A model generated the notes under the pieces. The model worked only from the letters and a program-made list of their open reading frames with translations. It did no database searches and had not been told where the DNA came from. Below are positions 9,150-18,933 of a DNA stretch of 64,000 nt, in pieces. The first letter of the stretch is position 1. Each line of letters starts with the position of its first letter. The DNA comes from Flavobacteriales bacterium (GTDB taxonomy: Bacteria; Bacteroidota; Bacteroidia; UBA10329): NCBI GenBank assembly GCA_021739625.1, contig JAIPBJ010000006.1:5334-69333 (forward strand), read 5' to 3'. The position numbers and the translations under genes are program-made.

Positions 9150-9788
9150 TGGTGCTGTGGCGTGTCGTACAGTTCTAAGAGTCTGAAAATTGCAACGATG
9201 ACATTTCTCCGCATTTTGCCCGACCAGATGGCAGCCGTTGAACGGCCCTTAGCCTTGCGGTGAGCATCAGTGCTTTGAATCGCACTTTTTCTGGAGGGAG
9301 GAATGTCTGCTGACGTTGCTGTCAGGAAGTTGAACTCGTGGAAAGCGGTGCATTCCGCTCTTACCATGTGGACATCCCTTGGATGGGGGCAAAATAGCAG
9401 CACGTGTTTCAACAGTGAATGAAGGGCAGGTTATCCCGTGGTTAAGGTTTGGAGACGGATCATCGGACGATTGGCCCATCATTTATCAGTATTATGGTTT
9501 TCACACAATTGTGATCTAAAATGATTCTATGCACGGAGGCTTCCGACCTGCTGGCCGGCATTGGCAAGAGAAAAAACTGATGAATGTCAGGAAACAGCTC
9601 TAAGCTGAGTTATTCTCATCCTACATTTGCATCGAACAGCGGGAGATATTTTTTTTCAGGTCGTTGAAATAAAATGCAATCCGCTCCGTTTAACGGAATA
9701 TCGCTCTACTACAACTCACCCTCTAACCCGACAGCCATAGCAGGTTTCTACTCTTACCGATTACTACAATCACCTAAAGAGGGAAACC

Positions 9789-10373
9789 ATGAGACTGTCT
9801 GCACTGAGCGATCAGCAGCTTATAAAGCTGTACATCAACGGGAACGAGCATGCGCTGCGAGAGGTCTTTGACCGGCATCGCGACCGCCTTTTCACCTATC
9901 TTATCCTACTGTTGAAAGACCGAAGGCTTGCCGAGGATCTCTTTCAGGACACGTTGGTCAAGGTCATTGAGACCATAAGGGCGCAGCGCTACAACGAAGA
10001 GGGGAAATTCAAACCGTGGATGATGCGCATTGCGCACAACATCGTCATCGACCATTTCCGTCAGCAGCAGAAGATGCGGATGCAGCACAGCACTGAAGAG
10101 TTTGACATCTTTTCGGTGGTGGACACGGGCGATCCTACCCGCGAGGAGGAAATGATCCTGGAGCAGAACCATTTGGAGCTGCGCAAACTGGTGGCCATGT
10201 TGCCAGAGGACAGGCGCGAAGTGATCCTGATGCGCGTGTATGCCAAAATGCCTTTCAAGGAGATTGCGTGGATAACCAACACTAACCTCAATACCGCTAT
10301 CGGACGCATGAGACGTGCCCTTAGCCATCTCCGTGAGCTGATGGAGGAGCACAATGTGAAGCTGGTGGCCTGA
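9789..10373 (+). CDS. RNA polymerase ECF-type sigma-70 factor
   Basis: Sigma-70 region 2 (FDRHRDRLFTYLILLLKDRRLAEDLFQDTLVKV...WMMRIAHNIVIDHFR) and region 4 HTH (EVILMRVYAKMPFKEIAWITNTNLNTAIGRMRRA). Confidence 0.85.
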   Translation: MRLSALSDQQLIKLYINGNEHALREVFDRHRDRLFTYLILLLKDRRLAEDLFQDTLVKVIETIRAQRYNEEGKFKPWMMRIAHNIVIDHFRQQQKMRMQHSTEEFDIFSVVDTGDPTREEEMILEQNHLELRKLVAMLPEDRREVILMRVYAKMPFKEIAWITNTNLNTAIGRMRRALSHLRELMEEHNVKLVA

Positions 10374-10397
10374 CGGCTTCTGTGGTAAAATGGAAGG

Positions 10398-11333
10398 GTG
10401 CCGGGCGGCAAACTGTCCGGCACCTTTGCTTTCTACGAGCATCTTAGGCGCATTGCACCAACTTACATTTGCGCCATGCTGCTGCCCCGTGAGAACACTT
10501 TCAGGTCGTTCCGTCAATTGTTCAGAGAACATTTGGAGGACATGTATGACCGGGACGAAATAGATGCCCTGTTCCGCATTTCGGTAGAGGAGCAATTGGG
10601 CGTGAAATGGTCCCATGCGATACTTGGCAACAGGTTCAGCGAGAGCGACATCAACCTTGTGTCTCCAGTTCTTGAAGAGCTGAAGGAGGGCCGGCCTCTC
10701 CAATACATTCTCGGCCGCACAGAGTTTCTGGGATGTCGGATCATGGTGGACGAGAGGGTCCTCATTCCCCGGCCGGAAACTGAGGAACTCTGCGAACTGA
10801 TCCTGCAAGAGAACGCAAAAGAGCGGCCACTGAGGGTGTTGGACATCGGCACGGGCAGCGGGTGCATACCCATCGCTTTGAAAAAACATGCCCCGGAATG
10901 GAAAGTGAGTGCAGTGGAGGTCGATGCGGAAGCTCTGAAACTCGCAGACCAGAATGCCCGGCACAACAGCACTGATGTAGAATTCATGGAGCTTGACATT
11001 TTGAAAGCTTCACGCCTTTCCGACCATTATGACATCATTGTAAGCAATCCGCCATACGTGGCCGAGGAGGAGAAACTGGAGATTCTGGACAACGTGCTGG
11101 TGCATGAGCCGCACCTTGCGCTGTTCGTGCCCGACACCGACACACTACTTTTCTACCGCAGGATCTCTGGCCTGGCGGCAAACGCGCTTCTTCCTGGAGG
11201 AAGGCTCTATTTTGAGATCAACGGTAGGTTCGGGGCCGAGACTTTGGCGGTGATGGAGGCAGCTGGACTTTCAGATTGTCGCCTGATCCAAGACCTCAGC
11301 GGCAAGGACAGGTTCGCTGTCGGAAACCGGTGA
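10398..11333 (+). CDS. prmC: Release factor glutamine N5-methyltransferase PrmC/HemK
   Basis: SAM-MTase motifs VLDIGTGSGCIPIAL and the diagnostic NPPY motif (IVSNPPYV). Confidence 0.85.
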   Translation: MPGGKLSGTFAFYEHLRRIAPTYICAMLLPRENTFRSFRQLFREHLEDMYDRDEIDALFRISVEEQLGVKWSHAILGNRFSESDINLVSPVLEELKEGRPLQYILGRTEFLGCRIMVDERVLIPRPETEELCELILQENAKERPLRVLDIGTGSGCIPIALKKHAPEWKVSAVEVDAEALKLADQNARHNSTDVEFMELDILKASRLSDHYDIIVSNPPYVAEEEKLEILDNVLVHEPHLALFVPDTDTLLFYRRISGLAANALLPGGRLYFEINGRFGAETLAVMEAAGLSDCRLIQDLSGKDRFAVGNR

Positions 11334-11339
11334 GCGGAA

Positions 11340-12905
11340 TCACTCCCCTTTCAAAAGTCGAGCGCCCCCGTGCAGGATGTGCCATGCACTGCCCTGTCTG
11401 GTCCTGAGCGTGCGCTCTTTCACTGACTTGGAATAGATCCAACGCACAGAGGCACGGTCAGCTACGAGTTCAAGCAGCATGAACCCATGGTCCATCAGAT
11501 TGGCGTAGCGCACGTGCGGATTGCGTTTGCGGGCCTTGATGTAGCCGGCAGCAAACTTTGCGGCAAATTTCCCGATCTGCTCATCAAGATTGGTGGATGA
11601 GATGCTTGGCGTGACGAATTCGGCACCCACCACCCCTTTCCCTGCCTTGCGGTCATAGACCGTGGGGTCATGTGGGTCGCGGGCCAGCTCAATGCCCCAT
11701 GCGGTGTGAATGTCGCCCGTTATGACTATCAGGTCACGTATGCCATGCGCCTGAAGGGTGTCGAAAATGCGGTCACGGTTTGTGGGATACCCGTCCCAGC
11801 CGTCCATGTTGCGCTGTCTTTCCTTAGCATGTTTCCCGAAATCCATCGGAGAGAACATCACATTGTTGCCCAGGATCTTCCACCGTGCCTGCGAGGTTCT
11901 CAATCCAGTGGTGAGCCAATCGGTCTGCCCCTCGCCCAACATGCTGCGCGAAGGGTCGAACCGGGCAGGGTCCTTGAAATCCTCAATGGGCGGGGTACGC
12001 CCTTCCATTCGGCCATCGATCATGAACAGATCGGCCAGGCCACCATAGTTGAAGCTGCGGACGATGGACTGCTTTTCGGGATTCTCCACCGGCAACCATT
12101 CGAAGTAGGCCCTCTTTGCCGCCAACCTGCGCGCATTCCACTCGCAGACCTTGGGGTCGTGCCTCGGTGCCCCTTGAGCGTAGCAATTGTTGGCAATCTC
12201 GTGGTCGTCCCAGATGACGATGAACGGGTGCAGCCGGTGCAATTCCAACAGGTCGGGGTCGAGACGGTACTGCGCATATCGGCTGCGGTAGTCGCTGAGG
12301 GTCAGAATCTCGTAGGGAGGAATATGCCCTCTTCCGATCGCGCCCTGCGTCCCGTTCTCATATATATAGTCGCCAAGGTGAATGACAGCATCAATGTCTG
12401 GCTGTTGGGCGATCAGACCATAAGCATTGAAATATCCTGCGGGATAGTTGGAACAGCTTGCCACGGCAAATCGCAGGCGGTCGGGATTATCGGGGGCTGT
12501 GCGCGTTCTACCTGTAGGAGAGATTCCTTCTCCGGTCTTGAAACGATAATAATAGGTGGTCCCGGCCTTGAGTCCGGTGGCCGACAGGTGTACTGTGAAG
12601 GCCGATGATGAATCTGTGCGCACAGTGCCCGAACCCACCACTTCAGTAAGATTGGTATCGGTGGCTATGGCCCAATCGACCTCCACGCTGCTGCCAATTT
12701 GCGTTGGCACCACTTTGGTCCACAGCACTACCCTGTCCTGACGCGGGTCGCCAGAGGCCACTCCGAACGGGAATTTCTCTCCCTCGTCAAGCCGTTCCAT
12801 TATTCCCTGATGGAAAATGGACTGGCCTGTGCAGCTCAAGGACGCGCCCACCATCAGCACAAATGCCACCCATTTCATCTGTTCACAATTATGACCCTGG
12901 TCCAC
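11340..12905 (-). CDS. phoD: Alkaline phosphatase D family (PhoD-like metallophosphatase) with signal peptide
   Basis: Signal peptide; PhoD N-terminal domain followed by metallophosphatase motifs (IHLGDYIYE...WDDHE...GDIH). Confidence 0.75.
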   Translation of the reverse strand: MDQGHNCEQMKWVAFVLMVGASLSCTGQSIFHQGIMERLDEGEKFPFGVASGDPRQDRVVLWTKVVPTQIGSSVEVDWAIATDTNLTEVVGSGTVRTDSSSAFTVHLSATGLKAGTTYYYRFKTGEGISPTGRTRTAPDNPDRLRFAVASCSNYPAGYFNAYGLIAQQPDIDAVIHLGDYIYENGTQGAIGRGHIPPYEILTLSDYRSRYAQYRLDPDLLELHRLHPFIVIWDDHEIANNCYAQGAPRHDPKVCEWNARRLAAKRAYFEWLPVENPEKQSIVRSFNYGGLADLFMIDGRMEGRTPPIEDFKDPARFDPSRSMLGEGQTDWLTTGLRTSQARWKILGNNVMFSPMDFGKHAKERQRNMDGWDGYPTNRDRIFDTLQAHGIRDLIVITGDIHTAWGIELARDPHDPTVYDRKAGKGVVGAEFVTPSISSTNLDEQIGKFAAKFAAGYIKARKRNPHVRYANLMDHGFMLLELVADRASVRWIYSKSVKERTLRTRQGSAWHILHGGARLLKGE

Positions 12906-12987
12906 CGACCTGCACGAATTCAGTGGAATTCCTTTCGCCCTGTCCCTTACATCTTATGCCTTACGCCTTATCCCTTACGCCTTCACT

Positions 12988-15507
12988 CTAAAACTTCGCC
13001 ACCAGCTTCACATTCAACTGTCGCGATGTGAGGTAGTTCGGCACAGCATATTGGCGGTTGGTGATATCAGAGATCCAAAGGTAGGACAGCGTATTGTTGG
13101 TTCCCAGCAGGTTGAACACCTCCAGACTCACCCACAGCGACTTGAGGTAGTGCAGCGGATTCTTCTTGGGAAACTCCTTCTTCTCGCCCTTTATCATGTA
13201 GGAGAAACCGATATCGACCCTGCGGTAGGGCGGAATGCGCAACGTGTCCTGATAGCGCTGGCTGTCGGGCGGACCAAAGGGCATGCCTGTGCCCAGCACC
13301 AGATTGAGGTGCATCTTGAGCATGGGCAGGCGCGGCACATAGTCCTGAAAGAAGAGGGAGAAGTTTACACGCTGGTCGGTGGGGCGCGGAATGTAGCCTG
13401 GCTCCACACGGGTGCTGTCCACCGGCACATTGTTCTCGGTGATACCGAACTGGATCTGCTCACCATCGGAGTTGTAATAGTTGTAATAGAAATCGTCCTT
13501 GATGTCCTCCTGCACGGTCATCACGCTCACGCTGGCCCACGACTCTATGCCCTTGACGAACTCACCGTTTATCTTCAGGTCGAGACCTGTGGCATAGCCC
13601 CTTGCGTTGTTGGTGGCGTAGTAGCGGATGCGCACGTTGTCGATCTCGTAGGGCACGATGTTGTCCAGATACTTGTAATAGACCTCGGCCACGAGCTTGA
13701 AAGGACGGCCCCAAGCGAAGAAATTGTAGTCGGTGCCGATGACCGCATGATAGGATTCCTGCGCTTTCAGGTTCTTGTTGAGCTGACCATTGAGGTCGCG
13801 CAGCTCGCGGTAGAAAGGCGGTTGATAGTACATGCCGCCCGACACGCGGAACACCACATCGCGCTTCCATCTGGGGTTGAAGGCATAGCTGGCGCGGGGC
13901 GTGGCGATGAACTGGCCGTTCACATCCCAATAGTTGAATCGGACACCGGCCGTCAGCGTGTGCTTCGAGGTGTCGGAGAACAGCCATGTGTTCTGCAAAT
14001 GGCCGGAGATGCGGTTGCTCTGAAGGCTGAGGTCGGTCTTCAGCACATTGGACAACGTAAGTTCATTCGGACTGAGCGGAATGCTGTAGCCCGATGAGTC
14101 GTTCATGTTCCATTCGTTCAGCTCATCGGTGATGTACTCGTGCTGATACTGGAGGCCCCAGTCCAGCTTACGGTGGCCGTCCAGCCAATGGCCGATGTGC
14201 TTCACTGTTCCCACATTCACCGTCAGGTAATTCCTTGCATGGTCGAGGAACGTGCCGATGCCCCTGTTGAAGGCCACCTCGCCCAGATTGTCGCTGCCGA
14301 AATTGTTGTCGAGCACCCCCAGCCAGTATTGGCCCTGCACATCGAAGGTCTCGCTCTCGTTGCTGCGATAGCCCGAGGCGATGAACTTGAAGCGCAACCG
14401 CTGATCGGGACGGTACTCGGCCGTGAGCGCGCCCGTCATCGTCTCGAACGTGTTCACCTCCTGCCCATCAAAGAACACAGTGAAGCGCAACGCCTCGCTG
14501 ATGGTGCCGAAATCGGTCTCGCGGTTCTCTGGGATGAAGCGGTACTGATTGAGCGAATAATGGCCAAGAAAACCGATGTCCCACTTGTCGTTCACCTCAT
14601 AATTGAGCAGCGCCTGCGCGTCCCAGAACTGTGGTTTGTACTGCCCGTCCGTGTCCAGACTGCCCAGCACATAAGAGTTGCTGCGATAGCGCAGACCGCC
14701 TATCCAAGAGAACCTGTATTCCTTGGTCGCCCCTTCCAAATGCAGCGCACCGCCCAGCAGACTGCCCGATGCGGTGGCCGCGAACGAGCGTGGCCTTCTG
14801 TATTTCACATCGAGCACAGAGGAGAGCTTGTCGCCATACTTGGCCTCGAACCCGCCTGCCGAAAAGCTGATGCCCTCCACCATGTCGGGGTTGATGAAGG
14901 TGAGTCCCTCCTGCTGCCCGCTGCGCACCAGGAACGGACGGTATATCTCCACATCGTTCACATAGATGAGGTTCTCGTCATAGTTGCCGCCCCGCACATT
15001 GTATTGCGAACTGAGCTCGTTGTTGCTGCTCACCCCGGGAAAGGTCTTGAGCAAAGCCTCGATGCCACCGCCTGCCGATGGAATGATGACGGCCATCTTG
15101 GGGTCGATGCGCTGCATGGTGCTTTTGCGGTTGCTCTCGTCAGATATGAGCACCTCGTCCACCACATTGTCCTTCAGTTTCAGGATGCGGTTCAGGGTGC
15201 GCACCTCCCCTGCTGCGAGGGTGATGTCGTAGCCCTGAGGCTGAAATCGGATGTGCGAGAACGACAGCCGCACCTGCTGCCCGGCAGGCACCTGCACATT
15301 GTAGGATCCGAGGCTGTCCGATGCCGTGCCGAAGCTCGTGCCAATCACCGCGATGCTCACATAAGGAATGCCCATGCCCTGCTCATCGCGCAGTTGGCCC
15401 TGCACTGTGGCGCGGTCCTGGGCTTGGGCCAATGGGGCGATGGCCGACAGCATCAGCACAAAGACCAATGGCCAGACGAGACGTGGCCTGCTGTTGCCGA
15501 AACCCAC
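12988..15507 (-). CDS. TonB-dependent outer-membrane receptor with N-terminal carboxypeptidase-regulatory-like domain; most likely GTG start at 15507
   Basis: GTG at 15507 precedes a canonical signal peptide (GFGNSRPRLVWPLVFVLMLSAIAPLAQA|QD). This is followed by a CarbopepD_reg domain, a plug domain, a long beta-barrel and a C-terminal aromatic residue (..LVAKF). The ORF-track ATG at 15807 would translate the 21-bp repeat array as an N-terminal extension ahead of the signal peptide, which is implausible. Confidence 0.8.
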   Translation of the reverse strand: MGFGNSRPRLVWPLVFVLMLSAIAPLAQAQDRATVQGQLRDEQGMGIPYVSIAVIGTSFGTASDSLGSYNVQVPAGQQVRLSFSHIRFQPQGYDITLAAGEVRTLNRILKLKDNVVDEVLISDESNRKSTMQRIDPKMAVIIPSAGGGIEALLKTFPGVSSNNELSSQYNVRGGNYDENLIYVNDVEIYRPFLVRSGQQEGLTFINPDMVEGISFSAGGFEAKYGDKLSSVLDVKYRRPRSFAATASGSLLGGALHLEGATKEYRFSWIGGLRYRSNSYVLGSLDTDGQYKPQFWDAQALLNYEVNDKWDIGFLGHYSLNQYRFIPENRETDFGTISEALRFTVFFDGQEVNTFETMTGALTAEYRPDQRLRFKFIASGYRSNESETFDVQGQYWLGVLDNNFGSDNLGEVAFNRGIGTFLDHARNYLTVNVGTVKHIGHWLDGHRKLDWGLQYQHEYITDELNEWNMNDSSGYSIPLSPNELTLSNVLKTDLSLQSNRISGHLQNTWLFSDTSKHTLTAGVRFNYWDVNGQFIATPRASYAFNPRWKRDVVFRVSGGMYYQPPFYRELRDLNGQLNKNLKAQESYHAVIGTDYNFFAWGRPFKLVAEVYYKYLDNIVPYEIDNVRIRYYATNNARGYATGLDLKINGEFVKGIESWASVSVMTVQEDIKDDFYYNYYNSDGEQIQFGITENNVPVDSTRVEPGYIPRPTDQRVNFSLFFQDYVPRLPMLKMHLNLVLGTGMPFGPPDSQRYQDTLRIPPYRRVDIGFSYMIKGEKKEFPKKNPLHYLKSLWVSLEVFNLLGTNNTLSYLWISDITNRQYAVPNYLTSRQLNVKLVAKF

Positions 15508-15754
15508 CGATGGTCCGTGGATGCCCACCGATGGTCCGTGGAGGCCCACCGATGGTCCGGGGATGTCTACCAGTGATCCGTGGAGGCCCACCGATGATCC
15601 GTGGAGGTCCACCGATGGTCCGTAGAGGTCCACCGATGGTCCGTGGATGTCCACCGATGGTCCGTGGAGGTCCACCGATGGTCCGTGGATGTCCACCGAT
15701 GGTCCGTGGAGGCCCACCGATGATCCGTGGAGGTCCACCGATGGTCCGGGGATG
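15503..15754. repeat. Tandem array R1: 12 copies of a 21-bp unit (consensus CCACCGATGGTCCGTGGATGT), intergenic, abutting the receptor start codon
   Basis: Direct reading: 12 head-to-tail 21-mers with a few point differences (GGATG/GGAGG alternation), open in several frames on both strands. Confidence 0.9.
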
Positions 15755-15810
15755 TCTACCGGTGTGCGGTCTGCGTCATAGAGATCAAGGCGTGCAACTT
15801 TCCTCACCGC

Positions 15811-16524
15811 TCAGTCCTTCTTCTCTCTACGTTTGAACTCCCCATTCTTCCACGCTTTGATGAACCGAGCCCATGCCAGCGGGTTCAGCAGGTTGTTGGG
15901 CGGGAGCTGCCCGGCATAGTAGAGCCTTGCCGCGTGCTGCTGCATGGCATATTTGAAGTTCTCGCTGCCGTCCATGCCCATGGCATCGGCCCGCTCGCGC
16001 ATCTCGAACCACTCCAGATTGCGCATGGCCACCTGCTTGTCGTCCTCGGGCAGACGCAGGTCGAGGAATGCCTGTCTGAACTGCTCCTTGGTGGGCCATG
16101 GATAGACCACCGCCTCCTGAAGCAGGAAAGTGTCGGCACTCATCATCTGAATGAGAGAATAATTGCGGCTGTTCAGCGTGTCGGGAATCACGAACTCGCT
16201 GTCCTTGAAGCCCAGATACGAGAACACGATGGTGTCGAACGGCTCTGCCACGAACGAGAAATAGCCGAAATAGTCGCTGATGGTGCCCCTTCGCGAATTC
16301 TTGACAATGATGTTGGCGAAAGGAACCGCCTCAAGACTGTCGGCCGTGAGCAGCACGCCCGAGAACTGGATGAGCCTGCGCTGATCCTTGGGAACCTCCT
16401 TGTTCTGGCCCACCGCCTGCGTTGCGGACAGCACTGTGAGAAGGATGAGCAGCAGGAACGGGGAATGTATGATGGGTCTCATGGGGCGCGGACGATAACG
16501 TGAACTGAGGGCGGATATTTCCAT
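15811..16524 (-). CDS. Carboxypeptidase-regulatory-like domain protein (signal peptide; probable start at ATG 16482)
   Basis: Signal peptide MRPIIHSPFLLLILLTVLSATQAVGQ; CarbopepD_reg-like beta-sandwich pattern (FSGVLLTADSLEAVPFANIIVKNSRRGTISDYFGYFSF). Confidence 0.55.
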   Translation of the reverse strand: MEISALSSRYRPRPMRPIIHSPFLLLILLTVLSATQAVGQNKEVPKDQRRLIQFSGVLLTADSLEAVPFANIIVKNSRRGTISDYFGYFSFVAEPFDTIVFSYLGFKDSEFVIPDTLNSRNYSLIQMMSADTFLLQEAVVYPWPTKEQFRQAFLDLRLPEDDKQVAMRNLEWFEMRERADAMGMDGSENFKYAMQQHAARLYYAGQLPPNNLLNPLAWARFIKAWKNGEFKRREKKD

Positions 16525-16533
16525 TCGCCCCGA

Positions 16534-17064
16534 TTATTTATTGATGTAACCGTTCAGCACCTCTAAGATGCTCATGTAAAGATCTTCGGCCTCAGAGATC
16601 TCCAATTCCGAAATGGCATCCTTGAAACGGTGGATCTCCTCGGTCAGCGTAAGCTGGTCTTCAAACCCGTCCCAGTTCTCGATGATGGTGAGCACTTCCA
16701 GCACCTCCATATAATCGCCCAGCAGCGCCACATTGAGGAACACCGGCAGGCGGTGCGAAGTGTCGAGCCCGCATTGCCAGCAGGCCGCCAGCATCTGCAC
16801 ACGCACCGGTTCGAACCTCGGGTCCATAAGGTGGTCGATCATCACATTCAGGGCCTCGGCATCTTTCAGGTCGAAAAGGGTGAGGGCGATGGCACTGGCC
16901 GCCTCCATGTCGTCCGTAGTGGCAAGCACTGTGAGCAAGTCGGGAATGAGGGTGGCATCGCCCTGGGCCTTCACCTTGGCGATGGCCCCCGCAACCTTCC
17001 GCCCATCACCGCTGTTGAGCTGCGCGATGAGCTGCTCGCGTTCTGTCTGGTTCAAGTCTGGCAT
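16534..17064 (-). CDS. HEAT-repeat-like hypothetical protein
   Basis: Helical repeat pattern (LIPDLLTVLATTDD..AIALTLFDLKDAEALNVMIDHLMDP); no other motif recognised. Confidence 0.45.
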   Translation of the reverse strand: MPDLNQTEREQLIAQLNSGDGRKVAGAIAKVKAQGDATLIPDLLTVLATTDDMEAASAIALTLFDLKDAEALNVMIDHLMDPRFEPVRVQMLAACWQCGLDTSHRLPVFLNVALLGDYMEVLEVLTIIENWDGFEDQLTLTEEIHRFKDAISELEISEAEDLYMSILEVLNGYINK

Positions 17065-17200
17065 ATCAGGGCCGCGAAGTTAACCACGGGCCGGGGTTGT
17101 GGCCCCGATGCCGACAGGGCAGCTTGGCCGGCCATAATTTTTTTCAAGGAGTCCATCGGGAAGGATATTCATCGTAATTTTGCGATTGAAATGGGACTTA

Positions 17201-17517
17201 CCAAGACCGAACACTTCTCCGACTCACAGAACCGCATGGCCGAACTGGCCAAGGCCCTTGGGCATCCCGCCCGCATCGCCATCCTACAGTTCCTTGCCAA
17301 GCAGCAGAACTGTGTCTGCGGCAGCATTGTGGAAGAGGTCGGTCTGGCGCAGGCCACCGTGTCGCAACACCTCAAGGCACTGAAGGAGGCCGGGCTCATC
17401 ACCGGCACCATCGAAGGCACCAGCATCTGCTATTGCATTGATCCTAAGGGAATCGAAGAGATCCGTCAATTACTGAACGGGCTGCTCGCGGAATGCTGCA
17501 CCCCATCCTGCTGCTGA
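17201..17517 (+). CDS. arsR: ArsR/SmtB family metalloregulator
   Basis: wHTH pattern LGHPARIAILQFLAKQQNCVCGSIVEEVGLAQATVSQHLKALKEAGLI with metal-binding Cys pairs; first gene of the ars cluster. Confidence 0.8.
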
Positions 17518-17593
17518 AAAAAATTTGAACCCTACCATCGTAATAAACCGATAATCAAAAACCAAAATCAAATCCAAACCAAAACCAATCATC

Positions 17594-18091
17594 ATGAACA
17601 CACCATCGTTTCCCCGCATGCATGTGAGCCTCTACGTGGCCGACATTGACAGGACCGTCAAATTCTATGAGACCTTTTTCGGCCAGGCGGCCGAGAAGGT
17701 GAAGCCCGGCTATGCCAAGTTCCACCTCAGCGAGCCATCGCTCATCATCTCCTTTGTGGAAAATGCGAAAGAGATCGCACCGCTGTTCGGTCACCTCGGT
17801 TTTCAGGTGGAGACCAGTGAGCAGTTGGAACAGCGCCTTGCCGCTGCGAAGGACGCAGGTCTTGGCATCCTCGAAGAAAAGGGCACCAACTGCTGCTATG
17901 CCACGCAGGACAAGTTCTGGGTGGCCGACCCGGACGGCTATCGCTGGGAGGTCTATCATTTCCATCAGGACGTGGAATGGAACGACCCGCACTACAGCAC
18001 CGGTGAAGCATGCTGCTCTCCTGCCATGGTGACCGCCCAAGAGCCTGCCAAGGCCGAGAGCTGCTGCACACCCCGTGGCGGTTGCTGCTGA
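17594..18091 (+). CDS. arsI: ArsI-type C-As lyase (organoarsenical demethylase; glyoxalase/VOC fold), possibly CadI-like
   Basis: VOC-fold N-terminus (MHVSLYVADIDRTVKFYETFFG..KVKPGYAKF) and the diagnostic vicinal Cys pair in GTNCCYATQDKFWVADPDGYRWEVYHF; Cys-rich C-terminal tail; sits between arsR and arsC. Confidence 0.72.
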   Translation: MNTPSFPRMHVSLYVADIDRTVKFYETFFGQAAEKVKPGYAKFHLSEPSLIISFVENAKEIAPLFGHLGFQVETSEQLEQRLAAAKDAGLGILEEKGTNCCYATQDKFWVADPDGYRWEVYHFHQDVEWNDPHYSTGEACCSPAMVTAQEPAKAESCCTPRGGCC

Positions 18092-18260
18092 AACCCCGCC
18101 CTGACCCCTCTCCGCCAAAGGTGGAGAGGGAAAATCGCTGCGGAAACGGGAATACGTATCCCACATCAATCGCAAATCGGACATCGTTAACCGACCGAAA
18201 GGAGTTCACTGTTTTCACAGTAATCGTTCTTCGCAAATCATCTTCCTCGACCTGCATCAT

Positions 18261-18893
18261 ATGATGAACCTCGCACTGCTCCTCTCCCAATCACCGCTCA
18301 TCCCGCCCCAACGCGTGGAAAAACTCAACGCCCTCGCGGCCCTCGCCAAGCGGGAATTGGAGACAAAAGGTGTTCTGCGGATGAACTTCATCTGCACGCA
18401 CAATTCGCGCAGGAGCCACATTTCGCAGCTTTGGGCATGGGCTGCGGCCCAGCATTTCGGGGTTCTGCCTTTCGAGAGTTTTTCGGGTGGAGTGGAGGTC
18501 ACTTCCTTCAACCCACGGGCGGTGGAGGCCATGCGCAGGGCGGGTTTCATCATCGGTGAGGCAACAGGCCACAACCCGCACTATCCAGTGAAATTGGACA
18601 CGCATGTCCCACCAAGGGCATGCTACTCCAAGACCTTCGATGACCCTGCCAATCCCAGCAGTGATTTCATTGCCGTGATGGTATGCACCGATGCCGAACA
18701 GAACTGTCCGTTCGTGGCAGGCGCATCGCACCGTTTCTCCCTTTCCTTTGAAGACCCCAAAGCATCGGACGGCTCTCCCGATGAGGTTGAGGTCTATGAT
18801 GCCAGCGTGGCTGAGATAGGGAGGGAAATGCTCTTTCTCTTTGAGCAGATCAGGGTTTCAGCTGATCAGCTTTTCAGTGGAACGGGGCACTGA
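18261..18893 (+). CDS. arsC: Arsenate reductase of the LMW-PTPase (thioredoxin-coupled ArsC) family
   Basis: P-loop CTHNSRRS (CX5R) and downstream Cys pair in VMVCTDAEQNCP resembling the B. subtilis ArsC Cys82/Cys89 region; operon context. Confidence 0.6.
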   Translation: MMNLALLLSQSPLIPPQRVEKLNALAALAKRELETKGVLRMNFICTHNSRRSHISQLWAWAAAQHFGVLPFESFSGGVEVTSFNPRAVEAMRRAGFIIGEATGHNPHYPVKLDTHVPPRACYSKTFDDPANPSSDFIAVMVCTDAEQNCPFVAGASHRFSLSFEDPKASDGSPDEVEVYDASVAEIGREMLFLFEQIRVSADQLFSGTGH

Positions 18894-18933
18894 GCAAGCG
18901 CACCATTTTCAGTTTTCCATTTTCTTCAAACCT

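Noticed and set aside
9906-10964. 352-aa minus-strand ORF spanning the ECF sigma and prmC genes
   Set aside because: Overlaps two well-supported plus-strand genes on the opposite strand; His/Gln-rich antisense composition.
11670-12608. 312-aa plus-strand ORF
   Set aside because: Antisense to the phoD-like phosphatase gene, which has the metallophosphatase motifs and a signal peptide.
13051-15576. Long plus-strand ORFs 13051..14097 (348 aa) and 14140..15576 (478 aa)
   Set aside because: Antisense shadow ORFs inside the TonB-dependent receptor gene; His/Arg/Val-rich composition typical of GC-rich antisense frames.
15503-15754. The three 21-bp repeat arrays as possible CRISPR arrays
   Set aside because: Units are directly contiguous with no unique spacers between them; no cas genes nearby; the repeats are not palindromic.
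15321-15836. 171-aa plus-strand ORF (GPPMVRG repeats) and the N-terminal 100 aa of the 939-aa minus-strand ORF (HGPSVDL repeats)
   Set aside because: Both are read through the stop-free GC-rich 21-bp tandem array R1. A proper signal peptide begins at the GTG at 15507, so the repeats are treated as non-coding.
16630-17517. 295-aa ORF fusing an upstream region to the ArsR coding sequence
   Set aside because: The upstream 190 codons are antisense to the HEAT-repeat gene and the intergenic region. The ArsR homology begins at ATG 17201, which is used as the start.
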